Positions 1 through 10,465 of a stretch of 33,992 nucleotides of DNA are shown here, piece after piece. A model generated the notes under the pieces. That model was given only the letters and a program-made list of their open reading frames with translations. It was not told where the DNA came from and searched no databases. The translations under genes were made by a program, and so were the position numbers. The stretch comes from Nemertoderma westbladi (taxonomy: Eukaryota > Animalia > Xenacoelomorpha): positions 1 to 33,992 of the forward strand of contig JAUCBJ010005748.1 in assembly GCA_032718475.1 (NCBI GenBank). Direction: 5' to 3'. How positions within the stretch are numbered: position 1 is the first letter of the stretch; each line of letters begins with the position of its first letter.

Positions 1-1295
1 ACAAGTTGCTCCGTGTGAGGAGTCCAGCAATAAGTTGCTCCGTGTGAGGAGTCCAGCAACAAGTTGCTCCGTGTGAGGGGGTCCAGCAACAAATTTCTTT
101 GTGAGGGGGTCCCCGGTCCAGAAACAAGTTGCACCGTGTGAGGGGGTCCAGCAACAAGTTGCTCCATGTGAGGTGGTCCAGCAACAAGTTGCTCCTTGTG
201 AGGGGGTCCAGCAACAAGTTGCTCCATGTGAGGGGGTCCAGCAACAAGTTGCTCCGTGTGAGGGGGTCCAGCAACAAGTTGCTCCGTGTGAGGGGGTCCA
301 GCAACAAGTTGCTCCGTGTGAGGGGGTCCAGCAACAAGTTTCTGTGTGTGTGGGGGTCCAGCAACAAGTTTCCGTGTGTGAGGAGGTCCAGCAACAGGTT
401 GCTCCGTGTGAGGGGGTCCAGCAACAAGTTTCTGTGTGTGAAGGGTCCAGCAACAAGTTTCCGTGTGTGAGGAGTCCAGCAACAGGTTGCTCCGTGTGAG
501 GAGTCCAGCAACAAGTTGCTCCGTGTGAGGAGTCCAGCAACAAGTTGCTCCGTGTGAGGAGTCCAGCAACAAGTTGCTCCGTGTGAGGAGTCCAGCAATA
601 AGTTGCTCCGTGTGAGGGGGTCCAGCAACAAGTTGCTCCGTGTGAGGAGTCCAGCAACAAGTTGCTCCGTGTGAGGAGTCCAGCAACAAGTTGCTCCGTG
701 TGAGGGGGTCCAGCAACAGTTTCCGTGTGAGAGGAGTCCAGCAACAGGTTGCTCCGTGTGTGTGGGGTCCAGCAACAAGTTTCTGTGTGTGAAGGGGTCC
801 AGCAACAAGTTGCCCCGTGTGAGGAGTCCAGCAACAGGTTGCTCCGTGTGAGGAGTCCAGCAACAAGTTGCTCCGTGTGAGGAGGTCCAGCAACAGGTTG
901 CTCCGTGTGAGGGGGTCCAGCAACAAGTTGCTCCGTGTGAGGGGGTCCAGCAACAAGTTTCTGTGTGTGTGGGGGTCCAGCAACAAGTTTCTGTGTGTGA
1001 AGGGGTCCAGCAACAAGTTGCTCCGTGTGAGGAGTCCAGCAATAAGTTGCTCCGTGTGAGGAGTCCAGCAACAAGTTGCTCCGTGTGAGGAGTCCAGCAA
1101 CAAGTTGCTCCGTGTGAGGAGGTCCAGCAACAAGTTGCTCCGTGTGAGGAGTCCAGCAACAAGTTGCTCCGTGTGAGGAGTCCAGCAACAAGTTGCTCCG
1201 TGTGAGGGGGTCCAGCAACAAGTTGCTCCGTGTGAGGGGGTCCAGCAACAAGTTGATCCGTGTAAGGAGTCCAGCAACAAGTTGCTCCGTGTGAG
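1..1295. repeat. Intronic minisatellite, 29/30-bp unit (GTCCAGCAACAAGTTGCTCCGTGTGAGGA/G), about 44 copies, continues off the left edge
   Basis: Directly visible tandem array; mixed 29- and 30-bp units break any frame; ends about 50 nt before the RagA 3' splice site at 1345-1346. Confidence 0.97.
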
Positions 1296-1346
1296 GCGGA
1301 CATTATTAATCTATATCTATTATTCTCTGGACCATTATTTTCATAG

Positions 1347-1608
1347 ATTTGAGAAGATTAGCAACATTATCAAGCAGTTCAAGTTGAGTTGCAGTAAACA
1401 GGCGGCCTCCTTTACGTCCATGGAGGTTCGAAACAGCGAATTCGCAGCGTACATCGACCAGTTCACCCCCCACACCTACGTGATGGTAGTGATGTCGGAC
1501 ACAACAATACCGTCCGCCGCTACTCAGATAAACATCAGGAACGCGCGGAAGCATTTTGAAAAAATCGAACTGCCACCAGATAGTCGGTCTCCTGCGTCCA
1601 AGTATTAA
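1347..1608 (+). CDS. RRAGA: Terminal coding exon of Ras-related GTP-binding protein A/B (RagA/Gtr1 family, C-terminal roadblock domain)
   Basis: Translation [51 protein letters not shown]...[19 protein letters not shown] matches the RagA/B C-terminus; acceptor TTTTCATAG ending at 1346 (phase 2); TAA at 1606-1608; AATAAA at 1612-1617. Confidence 0.95.
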
Positions 1609-2327
1609 ACTAATAAATTATTGTTATTTACTTAGCGACATTGATTGAACATATACAATGAATATTATTAATAAATATTAATATTATTATTATTGTATTT
1701 AAAATATTTGTCCGATTATCCAATTTATGTACAAATAATCGTGTCGGAACGAAATCCCAAGGATTTCGCCCAGCTATGTGATGTACCCAGGTTTTGTGGG
1801 GCCTTTATCTCGAACTGGAATTAAAATTAATTTAACATTTAAATGTGGTAAATTTTTTATTTTTCTGTTATCAATTAATTGATTTTCCGAATATTTTATT
1901 TTACAATAAACCCATATTTTTATTTGGGATATCCCGTATTGCAATTTAAATTGTCTTCATATATCCCATCATTTCATTGCCCCATTACTCTGTTATTTGA
2001 TTGGTTTGTCGCTTAGCCAATCACAGGAGCGTGGAGAGCGCCTGTAAAACCCTTTGGTATAAAATTTGAATATTTTGGAATATAACATTTTGTTTTTAGG
2101 CCATCGAGATGCTACTTACCACTTTGTGTATTAGAAACACTTTTGAAATGAATTATCATAATAGTTAATCTCGAAATTTAGTTTGTTTAATAGAGAACAA
2201 AAAATAGTTTCTTTATACTGGTAAAATACGGTTAGAGTACTACAGTATTAAATATATTATTCTAATAAAGTGTATTTATTGCCTTGTTGAATTATTAATT
2301 AATTGTCGGAATAGTTTATTTGTATAA

Positions 2328-3699
2328 TACTGCACTGTGCTAGCCTAGCCGCACGGCCCCTTCATTCCAAAACCCAGTATCCCCAAATTTTTCATTTTGA
2401 GAAAAACGCAAAAGACTTCGGACCTTCTGCGATTGATGATCAAAGCTATGAAATGAGCCCAAAATTTGTCAGAACCAAGGGAAGCCATTGGTTAATTTAG
2501 CCAACCAATAAAAAACAGGAATCTATTTACCAGAATTTAATTATTACTCATAAAATGAGGCATTTGATATGAAACTTTTTGGAGATACTGGGTTTTGATA
2601 TGAAACGTTTTTTATGTATCTCCAAAAATCCAAAAAACTTCTCCAAAAATTTTTTGGCGAACCTTTGTTTCAATTAATTCAAGCCTTTTCGAACCTTTTT
2701 AAGACATTGTTCATCCATGCAAGCTGTTGTTTTCCCTTCGGTACAGTACATGATGCATGCCCACGAAGTTAAGACAATTCCGACCCGGACAATTCCGACC
2801 CTTCAAAGGGTCTAATGAAATTTTCATGGGTCGGAATTCATGCGTTGGAAATGTCCATAATACACACGCCTCACCTATACAAATTAGGGGGGGGGGGGGG
2901 GGGGGGGGGTGATAAACTACGGACGGGCAGTTTAAAATGAATGGAATAGACACTGAATGTAAACCAAGGACCGGACCCGGTGGTACAAGGCTGCAATTAG
3001 CTGACAAAAATAAATTCACAATATGTGAAATATATTACATGTTGTTAGCTGTTAGTTGTTGTGGTATATATAACTTAAGAAAGATACTGTGTTTTGAATT
3101 ATAAAATACGTTCTTAAAATAGACAATATATTCATCGCAAAACCCAGTAACTCCCTCCATCAGTATTAATTTTTAGAACTGTCACAAGTTTGGACAACAC
3201 ATGATTGATGTTCCCATCAATGAATTTCCACAAAAACTTACCAGTTAAGCTATTGGTTAAATTACACCAGTTAAGCTATTGGTTAAATTACACCAGTTAA
3301 GCTATTGGTTAAATTACACCAGTTAAGCTGTAGGTTAAATTACCCACGTTGTCTAAAATATGAATTTGTTTTCCGGAATTGAGTAATTGCTCATAAAATG
3401 GGGCATAGTCAGGTTTTGGCATACAATTTTTGGAGATACTGGGTTTTGTTATACGTAATTTTTATATGTATTTTCTATATAACTAGATCAGATACTGGGT
3501 TTTGAAATTTAAACATGTGCTAAAAATGGTGAGATACACGGTTTTGACAATTTCAAAAACCTATTTCCCCTTCTTCAAATGCTTAGAAACTTTACAGACA
3601 GACGCAGAACAGTTTCCTGATTCGAATGATATATAAAACTCATTTTTTGAAAAATTTGAGATACTGGGTTTTGGAATGAAAGGGCCGCACAGCGCAGTA
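2328..3699. mobile_element. Non-autonomous TIR DNA transposon (MITE-like), about 1.37 kb
   Basis: Left end CGGCCCCTTCATTCCAAAACCCAGTATCCCCAAATTTTTCA (~2355-2395) is the reverse complement of TGAAAAATTTGAGATACTGGGTTTTGGAATGAAAGGGCCG (~3649-3688); outer ACTGCACTGTGC / GCACAGCGCAGT also pair; internal repeats of GATACTGGG(G)TTTTG; no transposase ORF; TSD not resolved. Confidence 0.7.
3241..3343. repeat. 26-bp tandem repeat x4 (CCAGTTAAGCTATTGGTTAAATTACA)
   Basis: Directly visible. Confidence 0.9.
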
Positions 3700-3834
3700 G
3701 TGTTATAAATGAAGATGCCTCAGCCACATTATAAGGGTGCAAGTAGTGTCAAGTTTGTAAAATTAAATTATCTTAGTCATGCTATTATAAATTGCACTTT
3801 TATGTGTTTATGCACATGGTGTGGGGGCTACACA

Positions 3835-4095
3835 TATCTGCTACCCGAAGGTAGGGGTGGGCGCTACTCCTATCTGCTACTCGAAGATAGGGGTGGGCGC
3901 TACTTCTACCTGCTACCCGAAGGAAGGGGTGGGCGCTACTCCTATCTACTACCCGAAGGTTTTGCTCCCAGTAATTCAACTGGTTCTCATTTTATCGACC
4001 CCAGTGAATGAAATACTGAGGGGACTGTGGCGGGGCTCGAACCTACAACCAATAGATTGTAAGCATGGCGCGTAATCCACCAAGCTAGCCCCACC
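3835..4095 (-). mobile_element. tRNA-derived SINE with a 36-bp internal tandem repeat (x3.5) toward its 3' end
   Basis: Minus strand reads TAGCTTGGTGG (A box) ... GGTTCGAGCCC (B box, 4043-4033), then GGGGTCGATAAAATGAGAACCAG, which resembles conserved central domains of metazoan SINEs; no intact cloverleaf acceptor stem. Confidence 0.75.
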
Positions 4096-4994
4096 AGTGC
4101 TTTATATGCTGTGTTAATAAACGGAAATTACGAGACAGGAGGGAGGAGGGGGGGGAGTTGACGCAAATCCCATCTGGGCGAATTAATATCTCGTCTCAAT
4201 GTTAAATTCTCAGTTTAGGGAAAGGAGCGTTGTTCTAACCAAAACAATAAACTAAAGTTAATAGAACATGTTACAGTTTTATTTTTGGGATTAATCGGTT
4301 GTTATTTGTATCCATTTTCCCTGGAGAGGGGTGGTTTTTCGTTGCCCCATTATCTGGACATTATACAAGATACAACCATAATGATTGGTGCTATTGAAGA
4401 AGATATCCTATTATGTTATAGTTTGCATACCGCGTCCTTGTCAATGTAATTTATTAATGTGATTGTTTTGTTTATTTTATGTAAAGATTTAATAACTGTG
4501 TCATATTATATAAATATGTATATTAGTTAACGCTTAAATAATTAGTTTAACTCGTAATTTATTGTGTATTAAATAAACATCCTCTCGGAATAATTAAGTA
4601 ATCAGTAAGTTTTGTTTCCGCTTTGACTATATCATATGATAGGTCAGGGGGTGGGAGTTTTGTCAAGGAATTTTCCGGAAATTTCCGCCAAAGTTATTTG
4701 ACCTATATTTTCCAAATCAAACATGCTGCAATTATTAGAGCACTATTTTTTTGGTGCTCAAGAACACTGCTTAAAGTATAAACCTAAATCTTGTATTCAC
4801 GAATTAATAAGAACAGCTGGACCTCTGATGTACATAATTTAGTTAAGACAATTCGACGAAGCCTTACAAATAAATTCGAACAAGAGGAATATCCTAATTT
4901 AGGACTTCGTTTTATTGAGACAGCTCTTACTACTGTAGTTAGTATTATTCGACTTAATTGTTGCTGACTAGACAGTCACGTATTCATCTATATT

Positions 4995-5988
4995 CTAGAA
5001 CCGAATGTACTCGCAGCACTTGCACATCTGTACTGAATCAGTCTTGCGACTGGGCGACCTGCAGCACGGACTCTTTCCGGTGAACTCACAGCACTTGCAC
5101 ATCTTTACGGAGTCAGTCTTGCGACCGGGCGACTCACAGCACGGACTCTTTCCGGTGAACTCACAGCACTTGCACATCTTTACGGAGTCAGTCTTGCGAC
5201 TGGGCGACTCGCAGCACGTCCTCTTTCCGGGCGACTCGCAGCACTTGCACATCTGTACGGAGTCAGTCTTGCGACTGGGCGACCTGCAGCACGGACACTT
5301 TCTGGGCGACGTTTTAGGTTTCCGCGGCAAGACTTTATAGATATTAAAGTAATCCTTCTGCTCCCGTAGAATATGCAAGGCCTTCACAGGGTCCGAGGTT
5401 TCGCAATGCTTCAGTATATTGCGCTCATTGACCCTCAAAAAGGGATTGTAAGTTAGTTCCTCACCTATCGTAGAGGGGTTCGGTACCGGTGTGTTCGGGA
5501 AGTTTGCCGTGGTAACGTCGGCCTTAACCGGGCGTCGGAGGGTAGCAGCCTGCGCGTCTTTGAGTTTAATCTTCGTAGCTTTATTCCCCGGTTCAACGGC
5601 GAGCGAGAACTCGAGATTGTTGCAGGCGTACTCGTGTCCGGGGTAGACCGAAGTCGAGGGGTACAGTCTACCCAGCGCGTTCAGCGAGTAATACATCTGT
5701 TCCGCCGTTCCGTGGCCTTGTAGAAACGTTCCACACCCAGCCGTAAACATCGTGTCCCCGGTAAATACCGCGGGATTCCTTTCGCCGCTCGTCGTCTCCG
5801 CGTAGAAGCACATAGACCCGGAGGTGTGCCCGGGGGTCAGTAAAGCTGTCACTATTATTCCTCCTATGTTGAATATCTGTCCGTCTACAATCAGGTCCGT
5901 GACGTTCTCACAGTGTTCCCCGCAATAGCGAGGAACGTTTTGGGTCTCGGGGTTATCTTTGAGGAACTCATTACCTCCGGAATGATCC
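4995..5988 (-). CDS. HAGH: Exon 2 of hydroxyacylglutathione hydrolase (glyoxalase II)-like metallo-beta-lactamase with C-terminal Cys-rich repeat extension
   Basis: Acceptor TTTTAATTTAG then G GAT CAT TCC GGA GGT AAT (L-DHSGGN); motifs TPGHTSGS, FTGDTMFTAGCG, YPGHEY, PSTIGEELTYNPFLR, LREQKDYF; TAG stop at 4997-4995; spliced product about 387 aa. Confidence 0.92.
5011..5295 (-). repeat. In-frame 75-bp (25-aa) coding tandem repeat, about 3.8 copies
   Basis: CAGCACTTGCACATC recurs at 5014, 5089, 5164, 5239; encodes CC(E/R)SP(S/G)RKTDSV(K/Q)MCKCCE-. Confidence 0.9.
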
Positions 5989-6432
5989 CTAAATTAAAAA
6001 TAATCGCATACATGGGAGCTGCTGGGCTCCATGAGCAGAGCATACAGTATGCCCACGGGTGCGGCATGGGCATGGGCGTACAGTAGGCTATACCCCAATT
6101 ACCGTCCTGAAATATTACAAGCAATTAATAATATGTTATACTGGCTACTGAATAAATATTCTAGAATTACATTAAGAAGTAAATATTAATTACTGGTTTA
6201 ATGATTAATGAAATAAATATTCTAAAAAAAATTAAATAATAATAATAATAATGTTCAAGGTAGATTCAACTCAGAAACATATTACAGTAATTACATATAT
6301 AACAATTAAAAAAATATATATTAGTATTACATCAATAAGTATGAAAGGCAATATACTGTAGTGTGCAGTGAAACTTTGTAAAGATTAAATAAATGTTCTA
6401 GAACATAAATACAGTAAGATGGATAGACTTAC

Positions 6433-6602
6433 AAGTGATGATGAGTAATAAATACATGAGTTAGATTCCAGCCTTCCGAGTGTATAACCGTGAGTAAGGT
6501 GTGAGATTCTACGGGGTCAATGACCGCGCATTGATGTGTGTATGGGTCAGCCAATATGTACATGTAATTATCGCATATGGCGGGAACTGTTCTGATATCC
6601 AT
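6433..6602 (-). CDS. HAGH: Exon 1 of glyoxalase II-like gene
   Basis: ATG at 6602; MDIRTVPAICDNYMYILAD...AVIDPV...THVFITHHH matches the HAGH N-terminus; phase-2 GTAAGT donor at 6432 splices in frame to 5988, rebuilding the THHHLDH metal motif. Confidence 0.92.
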
Positions 6603-6821
6603 GGGAACTATTATTTTAACTATTTTTAACAATCATCCAGGTAGTGTTCATACAGTACCTACTGTACAGAACACAAGGCGTTTGTCTACACTATCATTGT
6701 TTTAATACTGTAATGTAATCTATGCAATAAAAGTCTATAGAATTTAACTGCAGTAATATTGTCATCGATTGACTAACATGCATTAATTACTATTCCATGG
6801 GTACTTTTGGTCATTTTTTTG

Positions 6822-7098
6822 GCCCATGTGTAGAATACTAGACTTTCTGCCGTTATATTTCACTTTGCAGTTACCCCCATGTGAAGAATATCAGGTTTTA
6901 ACCAAAAACACAGGTTACGGAAGGGCTGAATCTAACCAAAACAATAAACGAATTAGTATATGTACAGATTATAAAACAGAAATAAGCGCTATAAAACACT
7001 TAATAAAGATAAATTTAAAAATATAAAAAAATCTTCATTTAAAAAATTCCAATAAAAAGTCGACCGAAAAGTGAAATCCTGGTATTCTTCACATGGGC
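6822..7098. mobile_element. Small MITE-like element
   Basis: CCCATGTGAAGAATATCAGG (6876-6895) vs CCTGGTATTCTTCACATGGG (7078-7097), 19/20 inverted match; a second diverged left copy at 6822-6846. Confidence 0.6.
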
Positions 7099-8002
7099 GA
7101 TTTTTTGACTTTGACTTTTAATTTTTAATTTTAATTTTTTTGACTTTTATGACTTTTAGTTTTATCATGAGTCAAATAATTGTTCAAAAAGTGGGAACAC
7201 AGGGCATAGTAATAATGCCTGACAAACACTCAGCAATAGTTCACAGTGATAAAATGAGAAACGAACGCCGAGGTGAATTAGGAACGCTGTAATGGCTGTG
7301 AGTGTGTACACCGGTACACGTTGCATTAGAAAACGGAAATTTTTCTGTATACCTACAGTATGTAACTAATTAAAACTAAACGCCTCACTAAATTAACACA
7401 CTAACTACATTATTTGTAAATTTGTTTTTAATAATTCTAGAATAAATCTATAACAATTAGTTCGTAGGTATTTTTTAGGCTGGTTGATTTTATTTATCAA
7501 ATAAATGAATTGTTGTGGGGTGGGTAACGGCGAGTTAAATATATGTTATAGTACATTATGATAATGGTCTCCATAGCGAAAAGTTGTACTTTCCTATGAG
7601 TGACTGTAACAGAACAGAGATATACCATCATAAAATAAAACAGCGCCCCAACAGGAGATAACTGTTCAAAGTTCAACTTAAGCGGATTGATCGCGCTTTT
7701 AGACCTTTAACAGTTTAACCTGTTAATTTACGTGTCTTATGATGTCTGACAGCCCGTACAAAATATGAACACAGCCGAAACCAGTCTAGCGCGGCGTATG
7801 ACCCACCGGATGTGGGAGACTGAATTCTATGGCAGAGAGTGGGTAGGCTACTTTGTATTTATTCGATAGGCCTACATTATTCGATTATTTGATACTTTGT
7901 ATTGGCTGGTGATTTCGTCACTATAGCTCTGTACCAAAATAAACGCTTGTGTAGAGGGCGTAAATTGTATATGTTCTCCAATCCCTCGAGATAATGCCAG
8001 CT

Positions 8003-8641
8003 TTAGAGAAGTTCGCGTATTGCACAAAAACGACACATTTTTGCCGCAAAAGCTTTAACACGGATTGTAAATAACCAAATTTCGAGAAAATGTTCACTTT
8101 CAGACATTTCACCCTCTAACTGCGGACTGGTGTAATGCGGACGCCGCTGCAGTTCTGTAAAGATGGAGTTTATGGTGAAGAAAGATGCTGCTACCGCATA
8201 GGCTGTATCTTTAGGAGTCGCAGAGTCGTCCACAGTTCCCCCATCTGCCGCTAGACGGCTAGATAGTGAAAACCTGGTGATACAGTAGATAACCCGGTGT
8301 TTGACACAGACGATGGCGTGGACGGACGTTCTACAAATTACGTGTCGTACTCGTAATGGTTGACCTGGGACTGGGCCCATCCAGATTTTGTTGGTGAAAA
8401 CCTGATTCTCCCAAAATTCGGGCGGAATATCCAGTCTTTTGACATCGATCTTTTGTTTTTTTTTGTATGCATCCGTTTCCGGGAGCTTCAACTTGGAAGT
8501 TATATCGTCAATTAAAGTTTTATAAAAAGTCAGTAAAAAGTAACACTGGAAGGAATGGTTTAAGTTCATTTTGTGCACCACTATCATGCAATCTCCTGTG
8601 ATTTTCCAGTTTAAGTACTGTACATTCCATTTGGCTATCAC
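8003..8641 (-). other. Unassigned 212-codon ORF over a GC-elevated segment (8100-8490); possible orphan exon, pseudogene or TE relic
   Basis: Long open frame in an AT-rich genome and exon-like base composition, but no family motif recognised. Confidence 0.25.
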
Positions 8642-8697
8642 CTATTACCTACATAATAAGCCTTATAATAATTAATATAATGTGAATTTCATAATTA

Positions 8698-8785
8698 CTG
8701 GTTTGCAATATTAATATAATTTCTACGGTACAGATGTGGTATCTGTACCGTAGAAATCATACACGTATATAATATTGCAAACCAG
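8698..8785. repeat. 88-nt foldback hairpin (tiny MITE or hairpin RNA)
   Basis: Perfect 17-bp stem ATTTCTACGGTACAGAT / ATCTGTACCGTAGAAAT with 5-nt loop, plus perfect 16-bp outer stem CTGGTTTGCAATATTA / TAATATTGCAAACCAG. Confidence 0.85.
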
Positions 8786-8908
8786 ATACAGTCATTGCAG
8801 ATATAGATTCATTGCATTTTACTCTTTTAGCTTTCTTCTGTACTTCCACTTTACCCGTACTCTGGTACTGCCTGCCGTATTATACTACTGTATTAACAAA
8901 TTTTCGCC

Positions 8909-9712
8909 ATGGGGAACGCGGGTAGCATAAAATACAATTGGCAAATGGTCTGTATTTGCATAGGGATTGATTTCGGTGTGCAGTGGATCGGTTGGTTGTT
9001 CGCCTGCTCCTTGCGAACAGAACGTTTCTACGACATCACCGCATCAATAACCTTCGTAACAATAGCCTGGGTGAGTCTTATCCAAGATTTTTCGGCATAT
9101 AAGGTGGTCCAGGCCAGTCTGATAACCGTGTGGGCCTTTCGTCTGGGGTTGTATCTGGTCACACGGATTATAAACGACCAACAGGATAAACGTTTCGACG
9201 GCGTTCGAGACAACCCCGGCAAGTTCTTTATCTACTGGACAATCCAAGGCGTCTGGATTGCTGTTACTTTAGCTCCTACAATCATTATGAACGTGATGTC
9301 CATTGACACTGATTGGTTGACTGCTCCTGCTATTGTTGTCAGCGCCGTCGGCTGGTTGGTCTGGCTCATTGGTTTCTCTCTAGAGGCCGTCGCCGACTCC
9401 CAGAAGAGATCATTTCGCTCGGACCCCGCCAACGCGGGTGCCTTTATCTCCACCGGGCTCTGGTCCATCTCCCAGCATCCCAACTACCTCGGCGAGATAG
9501 TTCTTTGGTTCGGCCTGTACATCTCGGCAGCGGCACACTTCCGAACCTGGGAGTTCGTGTCCGTTTTGTCGCCAATGTTTGTCGCCTTCCTTCTCATTAA
9601 GGTGTCAGGTATTCCTCTGTTAGATAAAGCCGCTAAGATACGTTGGGGGGGCAACGGCGAATACGCACAGTACTGCGAGGAAACTAAAAAGTTGGTGCCA
9701 TGCGTTTGGTAG
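8909..9712 (+). CDS. DUF1295 family membrane protein (steroid 5-alpha-reductase / ICMT-like superfamily), intronless CDS, 267 aa
   Basis: Motifs TERFYDITAS, WAFRLGLYL, DKRFDGVR, EAVADSQK, FISTGLWSISQHPNYLGEIVLW, VSGIPLL; several hydrophobic helices; start context GCCATGG. Confidence 0.9.
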   Translation: MGNAGSIKYNWQMVCICIGIDFGVQWIGWLFACSLRTERFYDITASITFVTIAWVSLIQDFSAYKVVQASLITVWAFRLGLYLVTRIINDQQDKRFDGVRDNPGKFFIYWTIQGVWIAVTLAPTIIMNVMSIDTDWLTAPAIVVSAVGWLVWLIGFSLEAVADSQKRSFRSDPANAGAFISTGLWSISQHPNYLGEIVLWFGLYISAAAHFRTWEFVSVLSPMFVAFLLIKVSGIPLLDKAAKIRWGGNGEYAQYCEETKKLVPCVW

Positions 9713-9920
9713 ATGTTATACAAAAGTCGTACAATTTTTTATTTTGCCATAAACTTAATGATCCCTGTTTAAGTAATTCCCTAACTTAATCAGCCGTGAT
9801 AATTTGCGATGGAGCGGTATTTTGGTATTTAGTACCTACACCCACCTTACCACCTACCTCTACTTTTTTATATTATTAATAAATTTTATACATACTGATA
9901 TACACTGTACTCCTTGGCAG

Positions 9921-10013
9921 GTGTGTGCCGTGAATCTACCAGTGTGTGCCGTGAAACTACCGGTGTGTGCCGTGAAACTACCGGTGTGTGCCGTGAAACT
10001 ACCGGTGTGTGCC
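9921..10013. repeat. 21-bp tandem repeat x4.5 (GTGTGTGCCGTGAAACTACCG)
   Basis: Directly visible; accounts for the VCAVKLP repeat ORF. Confidence 0.9.
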
Positions 10014-10209
10014 TATTATTACCATAATTCTTTATCCATTATTGTATCTATACTTGAACTTTATTTTTTTGTATATCATTAATTATTATTACCAATTAAT
10101 AAATTGTTTATCCATTATTGTACCTGTACTTGTTCTTTCTTTTGTTTTGTTGTGGGGCGATTTAAAGTGTATCGTAGCGTAGTGTGTGCAGACAACCATC
10201 AGCTGACTT

Positions 10210-10279
10210 CCGATAACCGACTACAGACAACCGATAGGAGACAACCGACAGCAGTCAACCGTCTGCTGTCGGTTATCGG
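10210..10279. repeat. Short inverted-repeat element built of 14-bp subunits
   Basis: CCGATAACCGACTACAGAC vs GTCTGCTGTCGGTTATCGG (17/19); internal perfect 12-bp stem AACCGACAGCAG / CTGCTGTCGGTT. Confidence 0.6.
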
Positions 10280-10465
10280 TGTAACCTTTTACACCCCTAT
10301 CCTAACCATAGCCAGATAATATAATGCTGTAATGATAGTGGTTCACTGATTTGGCTTGCTGAATCGAAACGAAATCCCCAGTGGAGAAAAACTTAATAAT
10401 GTACCGGTAGCAGTAATAATTAATTAATGGTTTAGTTAATTTCACCATTATTCGTAGACACTAAC

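Noticed and set aside
101-1059. ORFs encoding [10 protein letters not shown] or [10 protein letters not shown] repeats
   Set aside because: Frames stay open only across runs of 30-bp units and are broken by 29-bp units; the array is intronic to RagA
4020-4095. Functional tRNA gene
   Set aside because: A and B boxes present but no good acceptor or anticodon stems and no poly-T terminator; continues into a SINE body
5891-6124. 77-aa ORF or cassette exon in the HAGH intron (TTTCAG acceptor near 6107)
   Set aside because: Inclusion would interrupt the THHHLDH metal motif; the direct 6433-5988 splice restores it
9028-9723. Antisense and alternative-frame ORFs over DUF1295 (likewise over TTL and the LINE RT)
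   Set aside because: Shadow ORFs of real coding sequence
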